Below, one piece after another: positions 48,283-57,867 of a DNA stretch of 64,000 nucleotides (within the stretch, counting starts at the first letter, position 1; each line of letters opens with the position of its first letter). The DNA lies in assembly GCA_016874935.1 (NCBI GenBank), contig VGSS01000001.1:21823-85822 (forward strand), given 5' to 3'. The stretch is from Deltaproteobacteria bacterium. GTDB taxonomy: Bacteria > Desulfobacterota > BSN033 > UBA1163. A program made the translations under genes and the position numbers. A model generated the notes under the pieces. That model saw only the letters and a program-made list of their open reading frames with translations. It did no database searches and was not told where the DNA came from.

Positions 48283-49377
48283 TTAAGGAACGATCACTAC
48301 TTTTATGGGGTCTTCTCCTTCGATCTCTCCTCCTGCTACTCTGATTGCTTTTTCAGCTTCTTCGAGAGGAAACCGGTGGGTTACCATCTTCTCAAGAGGA
48401 TATTTCCTTGATTCGGCCAGGCGGATCGCCGGGAGGACCGACTGAAAATCATGGCTGAAGGCGCCCTGCACTCTCACCTCCTTGTAAACGATCTTATCGA
48501 GGACTAAAGGAATTTCTCGATCCATACCATAAAGTCCGGGGAGGATGACTGTCCCTTTCTTCTTCACCAGATCGATGGCTGTGATCGCTCCTTTCGGGCT
48601 TCCAGTCACATCCATGACAAGGTCAGCCATCCTTCCTTCTGCGATCTCTCTCACCCTTTCGACCGGATCACCCTTCTCGATATCGATCATCTCATCCGCT
48701 CCAAAGGTCTTTGCCAGTTCGAATCGAATCCTATCCTTTGTCATTCCAGTCACGATCACTTTCTCTGCGCCCGCCTCCCTGGCTATGATCACGCCTGCAA
48801 GCCCCTGCTGTCCCGGCCCCTCAATCACAATGATACCCCCTTGCCTTAGTCCCCCGATCACCTGAACCCACCGAATCGCATTCCCAAGGACCGCACAGAC
48901 CAGAATTCCGACTTCAGGTAGAAGGTCCTGTGAGACCTTATGAACCATCGCCCTTGGAGGAAGATAGAGATATTCGCTATAAGCGCCCCAGAGGTGCGGC
49001 GGATCTTTACAGGAGATCATCGACCCGTAGGTGAACATCTTCTCACAGTGGATATAATCTCCCTGCTTGCAATGGAAACATTCTCCGCATCCAAAGGCAT
49101 ACTCAACGATCGCCCGGTCCCCCTCTTTCAGGTTCCATCTTTGAGATGCCTCCTTCCCGACCTCGACGACCGTCCCGAAAATCTCATGGCCCATAATAAT
49201 GGGATAGGGTCGAGGAGCACGTGTGGCCTTTCCCCTGTACATGCCCACATCCGAACCACAGACTCCAACCATCTCCACCTTGAGGAGTCCCTCTTCCGTT
49301 CCGATCGAAGGAAGTGGAAACTCCCTCAATACCATTCTTCCGGGTGCTTCGAGAACCATTGCTCTGGAGGTCTTCAT
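48283..49377 (-). CDS. Zinc-dependent alcohol/polyol dehydrogenase (MDR family)
   Basis: GVCGSDVGMYRG, GHEIFG and C..C..C structural-zinc motifs; GxGxxG in the Rossmann region. Confidence 0.8.
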   Translation of the reverse strand: MKTSRAMVLEAPGRMVLREFPLPSIGTEEGLLKVEMVGVCGSDVGMYRGKATRAPRPYPIIMGHEIFGTVVEVGKEASQRWNLKEGDRAIVEYAFGCGECFHCKQGDYIHCEKMFTYGSMISCKDPPHLWGAYSEYLYLPPRAMVHKVSQDLLPEVGILVCAVLGNAIRWVQVIGGLRQGGIIVIEGPGQQGLAGVIIAREAGAEKVIVTGMTKDRIRFELAKTFGADEMIDIEKGDPVERVREIAEGRMADLVMDVTGSPKGAITAIDLVKKKGTVILPGLYGMDREIPLVLDKIVYKEVRVQGAFSHDFQSVLPAIRLAESRKYPLEKMVTHRFPLEEAEKAIRVAGGEIEGEDPIKVVIVP

Positions 49378-49427
49378 CGCTTCTCGTCCATTAAAATTTT
49401 TTCTTAACTGCTAATTCGAAAAATGTT

Positions 49428-51290
49428 TCATCCTTTCTTGTTTCTCATCCTTTGCAGGAGAAAGATGGCAACGAGAATACCCCCTCCGAGAATATCTGAG
49501 ACAATGCCCGGTTTGATCAGGGTAAAAGCCGCAATGAAGAGCAGTAGCCTTGAGACCCAGTTCAATTTGCTGATCATATGGCCCTGAATGGCTGAGCCAA
49601 GAGCCAGGCATCCGATGATGGCTGTCAGGAATGCGGAGAGAATATGAAGCAGGTCTCCTTTCCAGATGAGAACAGGATAATAGACGAAGAGAAAGGGAAT
49701 GAAATAGGCAATGGCCGCAAGTCTCATGGCTAAAAATGCGGTGGCAAAGGGAGGAGATCCGGCGATTCCTGCTCCGGCATAGGCGGTCAGGGCCTCCGGA
49801 GGTGTGATGGTCGAGAGGCAGGCATAATAAAAAACGAACAGGTGAGCGGCTAAAGGATCAACGCCCAACTTGATCAGAACCGGTCCTCCTAAGATCACCG
49901 TGAGGATGTAGGCGGCAGAAGTGGTCAAACCAAGGCCCATGATCATTGAGGTGAACATAACGGCGATCAACGCTAAGATGAGTTCTCCCTTACATGCTTC
50001 GATCACAAGGGTGGAGAACTTCAATCCAAGGCCAGTCTGCGTAACCACGCCGATGATGATTCCAGCGCAGGCGCAGGCTAAAGCCACCTCCCTCGATATC
50101 ATCGCCCCTTGTTTAAGGGCTGAAATAAATTTTTTAAAACCGATCCTTGTCTCCCTCCTGAAAAAACTGATTCCCATGACCGCCCAGATCGACCAGAACC
50201 CTGCCTTCATAGGCGAATACCCGATGACAAGGAGGTAAACGAGAAGAAAAGCAGGCAGGACGAGATGTCCCTTCTGGAAAATCACCTTTTTCAGCCTGGG
50301 CAACTGCTCCTTCGGGATTCCTTTTAGGTCCAGTTTTAATGCCTCGAGATGAACCATATAAAAGAGGGCGAAGTAGTAGAGGATTGCAGGGATCATGGCC
50401 CCAAGACAGACCCGGATATAGGGAATTCCAAGCATATCCGCCATGATAAAAGCCGCGGCTCCCATCACCGGCGGCATGAACTGGCCTCCGGTCGATGCCA
50501 CCGCCTCCACAGCCCCTGCAAACTTAGGCTCATATCCGATCTTCTTCATCAGAGGGATCGTGAAGGAGCCCGTGCTCACCACATTCGCCACCGAACTTCC
50601 TGAGATCGTCCCGAAGAAACCGCTGCTGACAATCGCCATTTTGGCAGGGCCTCCCCTCCAGTTTCCGGTGAGGGCATTAGCAAAATCGATGAAAAACTCC
50701 CCTGTCCCGGAAGCAACGAGAAAGGCTGCAAAGAGGACGAAGATGAAGATGAAACTTGCGGAGACGCCGAGTGGAACGGTGAAGAGCCCCTCTGTAGTGA
50801 CAAACTGATAGGCTATAAAACTTTCCAGATCCACGCCCTTATGCCCCCACAATCCCGGGATTCGATCCCCAAGAAGGGCATAAAGGATCCCCACAAGGGC
50901 GATGATGGGAAGCGACCACCCCAGAGACCTTCTCGTTGCTTCGAGGACGAGAAGGATGAGGATCCCGCCCATGATCAGATCGTATGTTGTCGTGGCACCC
51001 CCTCTCATGACGATTTCTCTGAATTGCAAAACGAGATAGACAACGCTTGCCAGACTGAGGAAGAATAGAAAAAAATCCCACAGGGTGGAGAGTTTCGACT
51101 GGGCGACCTTCTCCGGGTCCTTTCCTCCCATCGTCGGAAAAGTCAGAAAGATGAGGAGGAGGGCGAAGAGGAGATGGATGGAACGCTGGACAATGGCGGA
51201 GAAGAGTCCGAATTGGGCCGTATAGAGATGGAAGATTGACATCCCAATGGCGGTTAGGGTGATGAGGTGACTTTTTCGAATAAGTCCCAT
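49428..51290 (-). CDS. TRAP transporter fused permease (TAXI-type), paralogue 2
   Basis: 620-aa polytopic protein with conserved blocks shared with 45149..47008. Confidence 0.85.
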   Translation of the reverse strand: MGLIRKSHLITLTAIGMSIFHLYTAQFGLFSAIVQRSIHLLFALLLIFLTFPTMGGKDPEKVAQSKLSTLWDFFLFFLSLASVVYLVLQFREIVMRGGATTTYDLIMGGILILLVLEATRRSLGWSLPIIALVGILYALLGDRIPGLWGHKGVDLESFIAYQFVTTEGLFTVPLGVSASFIFIFVLFAAFLVASGTGEFFIDFANALTGNWRGGPAKMAIVSSGFFGTISGSSVANVVSTGSFTIPLMKKIGYEPKFAGAVEAVASTGGQFMPPVMGAAAFIMADMLGIPYIRVCLGAMIPAILYYFALFYMVHLEALKLDLKGIPKEQLPRLKKVIFQKGHLVLPAFLLVYLLVIGYSPMKAGFWSIWAVMGISFFRRETRIGFKKFISALKQGAMISREVALACACAGIIIGVVTQTGLGLKFSTLVIEACKGELILALIAVMFTSMIMGLGLTTSAAYILTVILGGPVLIKLGVDPLAAHLFVFYYACLSTITPPEALTAYAGAGIAGSPPFATAFLAMRLAAIAYFIPFLFVYYPVLIWKGDLLHILSAFLTAIIGCLALGSAIQGHMISKLNWVSRLLLFIAAFTLIKPGIVSDILGGGILVAIFLLQRMRNKKG

Positions 51291-51787
51291 AGAACCATCC
51301 TCTTCTTCAGTTTGATCTCTACGATCTCGAACGGTTCGATCCCATCCGAGAGATGAAAGGTTTCACCTTTGAAGATGAGCTTATGATTGGCCAGATCTCT
51401 CGACCCCATCATGAACTGAATCTTCTTCCTCGCCTCATTGATATCCCTTAACTCTCCCACACCATCCGCTCGGAGATGGAAATTGGGATAGGCAAATCCT
51501 CCGCCATTGAGATGGGATTGAAAGGTCATATCCCTCAGAACAATTTTCGCTCTGTGTTCGATCTCATAATTCTCCTGGAGAAAGGCCCGGTCATAGGAGT
51601 GTAAAAACCGGATGCTGAACCTGTCCCCTGAAGAGACCGGCAGTGAGAGAAAGGCGTCGGGCCTGCCCTCGCTTGAAACCTCCAACCGATAGGCAGGCCA
51701 CAACGCCCAGAATAGGAGTCCGATCAGGCTCACAACGACCGCAATCTTAGAAATAACTGGTGTAGTGAATCTCACGCTTCTTTCCAT
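51254..51787 (-). CDS. DUF1850-like small membrane-anchored protein commonly co-encoded with TAXI-TRAP permeases
   Basis: N-terminal TM helix, about 175 aa, immediately upstream of the TRAP permease. Family call is from memory. Confidence 0.5.
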   Translation of the reverse strand: MERSVRFTTPVISKIAVVVSLIGLLFWALWPAYRLEVSSEGRPDAFLSLPVSSGDRFSIRFLHSYDRAFLQENYEIEHRAKIVLRDMTFQSHLNGGGFAYPNFHLRADGVGELRDINEARKKIQFMMGSRDLANHKLIFKGETFHLSDGIEPFEIVEIKLKKRMVLWDLFEKVTSSP

Positions 51788-51794
51788 TGAATTT

Positions 51795-51950
51795 GAGTAT
51801 TGTCATTCCCGCCCCGATTTCCATCGGGTAAACTCCAGCGGGAATCCAGACGTCGTCCCTGCGGAAGCAGGGATCTATGACAAAGAAACTGGGTTCCTGT
51901 TTGCACAGGAAACCCTGGATTCCGGATCAAGTCCGGAATGACAAACCGGT
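51795..51950. repeat. Intergenic palindromic repeat, family R6
   Basis: tgtcattcccgc...gcgggaatccagacgtcgtccctgcggaagcagggatc ... ggattccggatcaagtccggaatgaca. Confidence 0.6.
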
Positions 51951-51988
51951 TAAGATTTATGTCGTTATGTATAGGTACGTTATGGTTG

Positions 51989-52035
51989 TGACAAATTACT
52001 GATCACTGATTACTGACTACTGATCACTGATTATT
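51989..52035. repeat. Heptanucleotide tandem repeat ACTGAYY, 5 copies
   Basis: actgatc actgatt actgact actgatc actgatt; lies between the TAXI-2 stop and the DUF1850 start. Confidence 0.65.
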
Positions 52036-52987
52036 TGATAACGCCTCTTTCCTTAAAAAACCGAATCGCGCCCGGGTGAAGCGGAATCGACATCCCTTTG
52101 GTGGCATTGGCCAATGTGATCTCCTTAAACATGGCATGGATGGCATCCAGTTCCGCCTTATGATCGAAGACCGCCTTTACCATCTCATAAGCAAGGTCTC
52201 CGGTGCAATCCTTATGGACGATGAAGAAACCCATCCAGCCCAGAGTATTATGCTCCTTCGCCATTCCCGGATAGGTCCCTGTAGGGATCACCCTTGGAAA
52301 GTAAGCAGGAAATTTCTTATTGATCCTTCCCCCTACTTCAGGCTCAATATCGAGAAACCTGATCTTCTTATAACGGGTCAATTCGACCAGGGTGGGCGCG
52401 GGCGTCCCAAGGGTGACAATTCCCACCTCAATATTTCCATCCTTCATGGCGGCCGTGGCCTCGGTATGGGAGAGGAACTGCTCCTGGATATCGTCATACG
52501 TGATCCCATACTCCTTCAAGACATACCTTGCCATCACCTCTGTCCCGCTCCCGGGGGGTCCCACCGCCACCTTGGGGTTTTTCCCTTTGATGTCGGAAAT
52601 GGTCTTGATCGGAGATTTCTCTTCCACATAGATCTGGATGTCGATGGGGTAGGTTGAAAAGAGCCCCCGGATCTCCTCCACTTTGCCGTCTTTGAACATC
52701 TCCTGCCCATTGAAGGCATAGAAGGCGATGTCCGGCATGGTGAGAGCCAGATCCTGTTTATTCTTCGAAATCGCCCTGATGTTTTCAATCGAGGCTCCGG
52801 AAGGAATGGCCGTAGATGTCACCCCCTTGATATGTTTATTGATAATTCCCGAAACTCCTCCTCCTAAAAGATACCATGTCCCTCCGGTGCTTGCCGTACC
52901 GATGACCAACCGCTTCTCCTGGGCCTGAACAGCGCTCATCGTCACGGTCAATAAAAATACCGCTATTAAAAAAATTGATCGTTTCAT
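52031..52987 (-). CDS. TAXI-family TRAP transporter solute-binding protein, paralogue 2
   Basis: Signal peptide; similar to 47098..48057. Confidence 0.8.
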   Translation of the reverse strand: MKRSIFLIAVFLLTVTMSAVQAQEKRLVIGTASTGGTWYLLGGGVSGIINKHIKGVTSTAIPSGASIENIRAISKNKQDLALTMPDIAFYAFNGQEMFKDGKVEEIRGLFSTYPIDIQIYVEEKSPIKTISDIKGKNPKVAVGPPGSGTEVMARYVLKEYGITYDDIQEQFLSHTEATAAMKDGNIEVGIVTLGTPAPTLVELTRYKKIRFLDIEPEVGGRINKKFPAYFPRVIPTGTYPGMAKEHNTLGWMGFFIVHKDCTGDLAYEMVKAVFDHKAELDAIHAMFKEITLANATKGMSIPLHPGAIRFFKERGVIK

Positions 52988-54519
52988 CGTCCCACTCCTT
53001 TCTTTAAATACCTCTCCCTCAATACGGTTTTAAGAACCTTCCCCGAAGGATTTCTCGGAAGGCTCTCCACAAACGCCACAGACTTAGGCTTCTTGTAACT
53101 GGCAAGATGACTTTTACAGTATTCGATCACCTCCTCCTCTGTCATCGTCTCCCCTCTCTTCAAAACGATGACCGCCCTGACCGATTCTCCCCAGAGGGGA
53201 TCGGGGACTCCGACGACGGCCGCATCCTCAATCTTAGGGTGGCTGTAAAGGATCTCTTCGATCTCACGGGGATAGATATTCTCTCCGCCGCTGACGATCA
53301 TATCCTTCTTCCGGTCAACGATATAGATGAATCCCTCCTCATCCATCCGGGCCAGATCCCCCGTGTGAAGCCATCCGCCCCGGAGGGTCTCCCGTGTGGC
53401 CTCTTTATCTTTATAGTATCCCTTCATCACATTGGGACCACGGCAGATCAACTCCCCGACTTCCTCCACTGGGAGATCCCGATCCTGATCATCCACGATT
53501 CTCACTTCCAGAAAGGGAACAGCCGGCCCCACACATTCCCTTTTCTTCAGAGAGTCCTTCGCCTTGAGGATGGCAATCGAGGGCGTGGCTTCGGTGCACC
53601 CATAGACATCATAAATACCGGAGAGATTGGGAAAGAGTTTCCCCAGCCTCTCTTTTGTTTCATTCGGAAGGATGGAGGCCCCTGTGGTGCATTTGGTGAT
53701 TGAACGGGTGTCATATTTCCCCTCAGGAAGGGAGAGCATCAAATGGTAGGCCGAAGGGGCGCCTGAGATGACCGTCCCCTTCTCCTTTTCAATGATCTCC
53801 ATCACCCTTTCCGGATCAAAATGCCTGATGAGGACGCTGGTCCCGGCCAGCGCCACACGGGTTAGGAAATGGTTATTGAGAGCCGCCGTATGATAGAGGG
53901 GGCCGATGACAATTGAAGTTTCACCCTCCTTCTCCTCCCTTCCCAGAATGGTATTGAAAAGATTCCAGAGGAGATTCTCATGGGTGAGAAGAGCCCCTTT
54001 CGGTTTTCCTGTGGTGCCGGAGGTATACATCAACTGGCATTCCTCCTTTTCAGAGAGGGGGACATCCGGCTCCTGAGAAAGGGAGTCTTTTAAAAAAGTT
54101 TCGTAGTTCAAAATGGAAGAAGAAGCGGACTCCCCGATGGAAAAATAGAACTCCACTTTTTTAAGCCTGGGCCGGATCTTCTCAACAAGCTCTGAAAACT
54201 CCTCTCCATAGATAAAAAAACGGGCGTCGGAATGGTCGAGGATATAGAAAACCTCCTCGGCGGTAAACCGGAAATTGATCGGCGTGAAGACGCCGCCTGA
54301 CTTGGCCGAGGCAAAGAGAATCTCGACAAGGGGGATCGAATTAAAGAGAAGGACAGCGATTTTTTCACCCTTCTCCAGGCCGAGACGGAGCAATCCATTG
54401 GCCAGTTGATTGACGCGACGATTAAACTCCTGATACATCATCCGCTCCCCTTCACAGATGAGCGCGATCCTTTGAGGGAACTTACGGGCAGTAAAAGTAA
54501 GGATTTGTCCGACATCCAT
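52984..54519 (-). CDS. AMP-dependent acyl-CoA synthetase/ligase
   Basis: AMP-binding motif YTSGTTGKPKG, the TGD motif and a C-terminal domain. Confidence 0.85.
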   Translation of the reverse strand: MDVGQILTFTARKFPQRIALICEGERMMYQEFNRRVNQLANGLLRLGLEKGEKIAVLLFNSIPLVEILFASAKSGGVFTPINFRFTAEEVFYILDHSDARFFIYGEEFSELVEKIRPRLKKVEFYFSIGESASSSILNYETFLKDSLSQEPDVPLSEKEECQLMYTSGTTGKPKGALLTHENLLWNLFNTILGREEKEGETSIVIGPLYHTAALNNHFLTRVALAGTSVLIRHFDPERVMEIIEKEKGTVISGAPSAYHLMLSLPEGKYDTRSITKCTTGASILPNETKERLGKLFPNLSGIYDVYGCTEATPSIAILKAKDSLKKRECVGPAVPFLEVRIVDDQDRDLPVEEVGELICRGPNVMKGYYKDKEATRETLRGGWLHTGDLARMDEEGFIYIVDRKKDMIVSGGENIYPREIEEILYSHPKIEDAAVVGVPDPLWGESVRAVIVLKRGETMTEEEVIEYCKSHLASYKKPKSVAFVESLPRNPSGKVLKTVLRERYLKKGVGR

Positions 54520-54840
54520 GGGAATCTTCCTCTAACCCATGCGACTCTACAAAAAATAACTTCATTCGTCAAGCAAGAAAAGATTTAAAAAGTAATGCGT
54601 CAGTTATGGAAGGTTACATAATCCCTGAAAAAATTTATTACCCCCGATAGGCGGGACATTCCTGTCCCGCCTATGTTGGAAGCGGGGTTAGAAAACCCCG
54701 CCTATCCATTCCACCTATTAATAAAATGAAATTACCTCCATGACTGAGGGATTACTTTAAAAACGATTTGATTTTTTGTGGAAAGAGGCTTATAATGGTG
54801 AATAAAAATAAGAAACCTTGGAAAAGGAGGTGATCGGTAG

Positions 54841-55131
54841 ATGAAGAGGGCCATATCTTTGATGTTTTCGTTATTCCTGATCGGCATGCTCATTTCAGCC
54901 CTGACCGGATGTGGAGCGGACATCAAGGCGGAGAATGAGAAGTTGAAAGCGGAGAACACGAGCCTTAAGTCAGACAGCGATAAGCTAAAGCTTGAGGTTC
55001 AGAAGTTGAAAGAAGATATCCAGAAGGGCGCTGAGAAAGAGGCGACCATCACTTCTCTCACCGCAGAGAATGAAGCCTTGAAAAAGCAGGTCGAAGATCT
55101 GAAGTCGCAACTGGCAAAGAAGAAGAAATAG
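54841..55131 (+). CDS. Small coiled-coil lipoprotein (Lpp-like), C-terminal KKKK
   Basis: Lipobox LTGC after a signal helix, then an uninterrupted heptad-like coiled coil, ending ...LAKKKK. AAGGAGG ribosome-binding site. Confidence 0.6.
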   Translation: MKRAISLMFSLFLIGMLISALTGCGADIKAENEKLKAENTSLKSDSDKLKLEVQKLKEDIQKGAEKEATITSLTAENEALKKQVEDLKSQLAKKKK

Positions 55132-55204
55132 CCATCCATCCGTCACAAAAAAGGGAAAACTCAGCAGGTTATGGGTTTTCCCTTTTTTTCCCCCTGTACT
55201 CCTT

Positions 55205-57685
55205 ATGGATAAGAAGAGACGAAGAGCGAAACATCCAAGAAAAAGAAAAGGTAAAAAGGGAGTTGCCTTCTATGTCATCCTCGCCTTTCTCTCCTCCGCC
55301 TTTCTGCTCCTCCTCTCCGGAGGCCTCCTCTTTTTCTATTTCTCCCGACAGCTTCCTGACTTTGCCTCCCTGAAGGAACGAAACCTCAACGCCTACTCCA
55401 TCGTCTATTCGGAAGACGATGAGGTTGTGGGAAAATTCTTGTTGGACAATCGAATCCCGATCACTTACGAGAAAATTCCTAAGCCTCTTATCCAGGCTTT
55501 CCTTGCCGCAGAGGATGCCGAGTTTTTTCAGCACAGGGGAGTCGACTATAAAGGAATCGCTCGCGCCATGTTTAAAAACCTCATCGCCGGGAAGATCGTC
55601 CAGGGGGGCAGCACCATCACCCAGCAGGTGACCAAGACCTTCTTCCTCACCCCCAAGAGAAGTTTCCTCCGAAAATTGAAAGAGGTCGCCTATGCCTTCG
55701 CTCTCGAACGGAATCTGACCAAAGAGGACATCCTTTCTCTCTATCTCAATCATATCTATCTGGGAAACGGCGCCTACGGAATAGAGGCCGCCGCGGAGAG
55801 CTATTTTAATAAACGGGTGGAACAGCTCAATCTTTCAGAGACAGCCCTGCTCGCAGGCCTGGTCAAGGCCCCCAGCCGCTACTCGCCTGTCAATAATCTG
55901 ACCCGTGCAAAAGAGCGGCAGAATTACGTTCTTACCCGGATGGTGGAAGTGGGGTTCATCTCCCAGGAACAGAAAGAGAAAGCCCTCCGGACGCCCCTGA
56001 AGATCCAGTCGAGGGTGAGCGCCTTCTTCAGCAAGGCCCCTTACTTTACGGAGGTCATCCGTCATCAGGTCGAAAGAAAATATGGGAAGGAGAAACTCTA
56101 TAAAGAAGGATTGAGAATCTATACCACTCTCGATCTCAACCTTCAGAAAGCCGCACAGAGATCCATTGAGATGGGCTTGAGGGAGCTGGATAAGAGACAA
56201 GGGTTCAGAGGACCCATTCAGACGCTCACTTCCGATGAGCTGAGGAACCTCACCCAAAGGAAGAGAAGGATACTCCAGCCCCTTTCACCCAATGAAATCT
56301 TCGAGGGAGTGATCCTCTCCAGGGATGACTCTAAAAAACTCTTTACGATCTGGGTGGAGGACCGGAAGGGAACGCTTCCTTATGCTGAGATGACCTGGGC
56401 CCTCCAGATCAAACCCACAGCCCATTTCAGGCCCGGCCAGGTGAAGGCGCTTGGGGATCTGCTTAAAACCGGAGATGTCGTCCAGGTGAGGGTAAAGGAA
56501 CCGGCCAGGAAAGATCAGCCTCTCACCCTCGGATTGGAACAGGAACCTCTTGTCCAGGGAGCCCTGATCTGCACGGATCCGCAAACCGGATATGTGAAAG
56601 CCATGGTGGGCGGGCGTGATTTCAGCGAAAGTCAGTTCAACCGTGCCGTCAATTCTCGCAGGCAGCCGGGTTCTGCCTTTAAGCCCTTTATCTATGCGGC
56701 CGCGATTGAGAAAGGGTATAACCCTTCCACCCTTCTCATGGACTCGCCTGTGGAATATTCGGATTATGACGGAGGACATTACTGGGCTCCGAAAAATTAC
56801 GACAAGAACTTTATGGGCCCCATCACCTTCAGAAACGCCCTCGCCCATTCCAGAAATGTCGTAACGGTCAAAATCCTTGAAGACATCGGCATGGGGTATG
56901 CCCTCAAATTCATTAAAAAGATGGGAATCGAATCTCCGGTCAAACGGGACCTCTCCGTTGCCCTCGGAACCTCTGGAACCTCCATGTTGGAGCTGACCTC
57001 CTCTTTTGCGGTCTTTGCCAACGGGGGAGAGCGCATCAAACCCATCTTCATTAAAAAGATTGTCACCATGAAAGGCGAGGTCCTTGAAGAAAATACCCCT
57101 TATGTCGAATTGGAGGAGCCGGAGGAGGAAGAGGAAGGAGAAGAAAGCATTCCCGCCGCTCCATCTCCTCCTCCCATCAGGAAGGAACGGGTCATCTCTC
57201 CGCAGAATGCTTTTATCATCACCCATCTTCTCGAAGGCGTGGTCCAGCACGGGACTGGTCAGAGGGCAAAGGTTCTCGGGAGGCCCGTAGCCGGAAAGAC
57301 CGGGACTTCCAGCGATTATGCGGATGCCTGGTTTATCGGATATACCCCTTCTCTCCTTGCCGGAGTCTGGGTAGGCTTCGACGACAAGACCTCTCTCGGA
57401 AAGAATGAGACCGGATCGAGAGCCGCCCTTCCCATCTGGATCTCTTTCATGGATCAGGCATTGAGGGATGGACCCGCGGAACCCTTCGGGGTTCCTGAAA
57501 AGATCGTCCTGCTCAGGGTGAATCTCGAAACAGGAACCCCTGCCGATGGAAGTTCTCCGCAGACCATTCTGGAGGCATTTATTGAAGGAACCTTTCCGAA
57601 AGGGAAAGAAGAGCCGGCCTCAGGGGCTCCGATAAGTGGGCGGTCCCTTACAGATCCTTCGCGACCCATCACAACTGGTCCTTAA
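55205..57685 (+). CDS. mrcA: Class A penicillin-binding protein 1A (bifunctional glycosyltransferase/transpeptidase)
   Basis: GT51 motifs EDAEFFQHRGVDYKGIARA and RKLKE; transpeptidase motifs SAFKPFIYAAAIE, SRN and KTGTS. Confidence 0.9.
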   Translation: MDKKRRRAKHPRKRKGKKGVAFYVILAFLSSAFLLLLSGGLLFFYFSRQLPDFASLKERNLNAYSIVYSEDDEVVGKFLLDNRIPITYEKIPKPLIQAFLAAEDAEFFQHRGVDYKGIARAMFKNLIAGKIVQGGSTITQQVTKTFFLTPKRSFLRKLKEVAYAFALERNLTKEDILSLYLNHIYLGNGAYGIEAAAESYFNKRVEQLNLSETALLAGLVKAPSRYSPVNNLTRAKERQNYVLTRMVEVGFISQEQKEKALRTPLKIQSRVSAFFSKAPYFTEVIRHQVERKYGKEKLYKEGLRIYTTLDLNLQKAAQRSIEMGLRELDKRQGFRGPIQTLTSDELRNLTQRKRRILQPLSPNEIFEGVILSRDDSKKLFTIWVEDRKGTLPYAEMTWALQIKPTAHFRPGQVKALGDLLKTGDVVQVRVKEPARKDQPLTLGLEQEPLVQGALICTDPQTGYVKAMVGGRDFSESQFNRAVNSRRQPGSAFKPFIYAAAIEKGYNPSTLLMDSPVEYSDYDGGHYWAPKNYDKNFMGPITFRNALAHSRNVVTVKILEDIGMGYALKFIKKMGIESPVKRDLSVALGTSGTSMLELTSSFAVFANGGERIKPIFIKKIVTMKGEVLEENTPYVELEEPEEEEEGEESIPAAPSPPPIRKERVISPQNAFIITHLLEGVVQHGTGQRAKVLGRPVAGKTGTSSDYADAWFIGYTPSLLAGVWVGFDDKTSLGKNETGSRAALPIWISFMDQALRDGPAEPFGVPEKIVLLRVNLETGTPADGSSPQTILEAFIEGTFPKGKEEPASGAPISGRSLTDPSRPITTGP

Positions 57686-57714
57686 ACTTAAGGGAACCTC
57701 TAATAATTCCCAAT

Positions 57715-57790
57715 TCGTCGCTCCCGCGAAGGCGGGAGTCCAGTAATTTCAAAAGCTTATGGATTCCTGCTTTCGCAGGAATGACATTTT
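57715..57790. repeat. Intergenic palindromic repeat, family R6 (short copy)
   Basis: cgctcccgcgaaggcgggagtccag ... ggattcctgctttcgcaggaatgacat. Confidence 0.55.
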
Positions 57791-57867
57791 TAGAGGTTGC
57801 CTTAAAGGGAACAGGTAAAAGGTTAAAAGGTTCAAGGCAGAAGATTTTTCTTCTCCGAGGAGGATCA

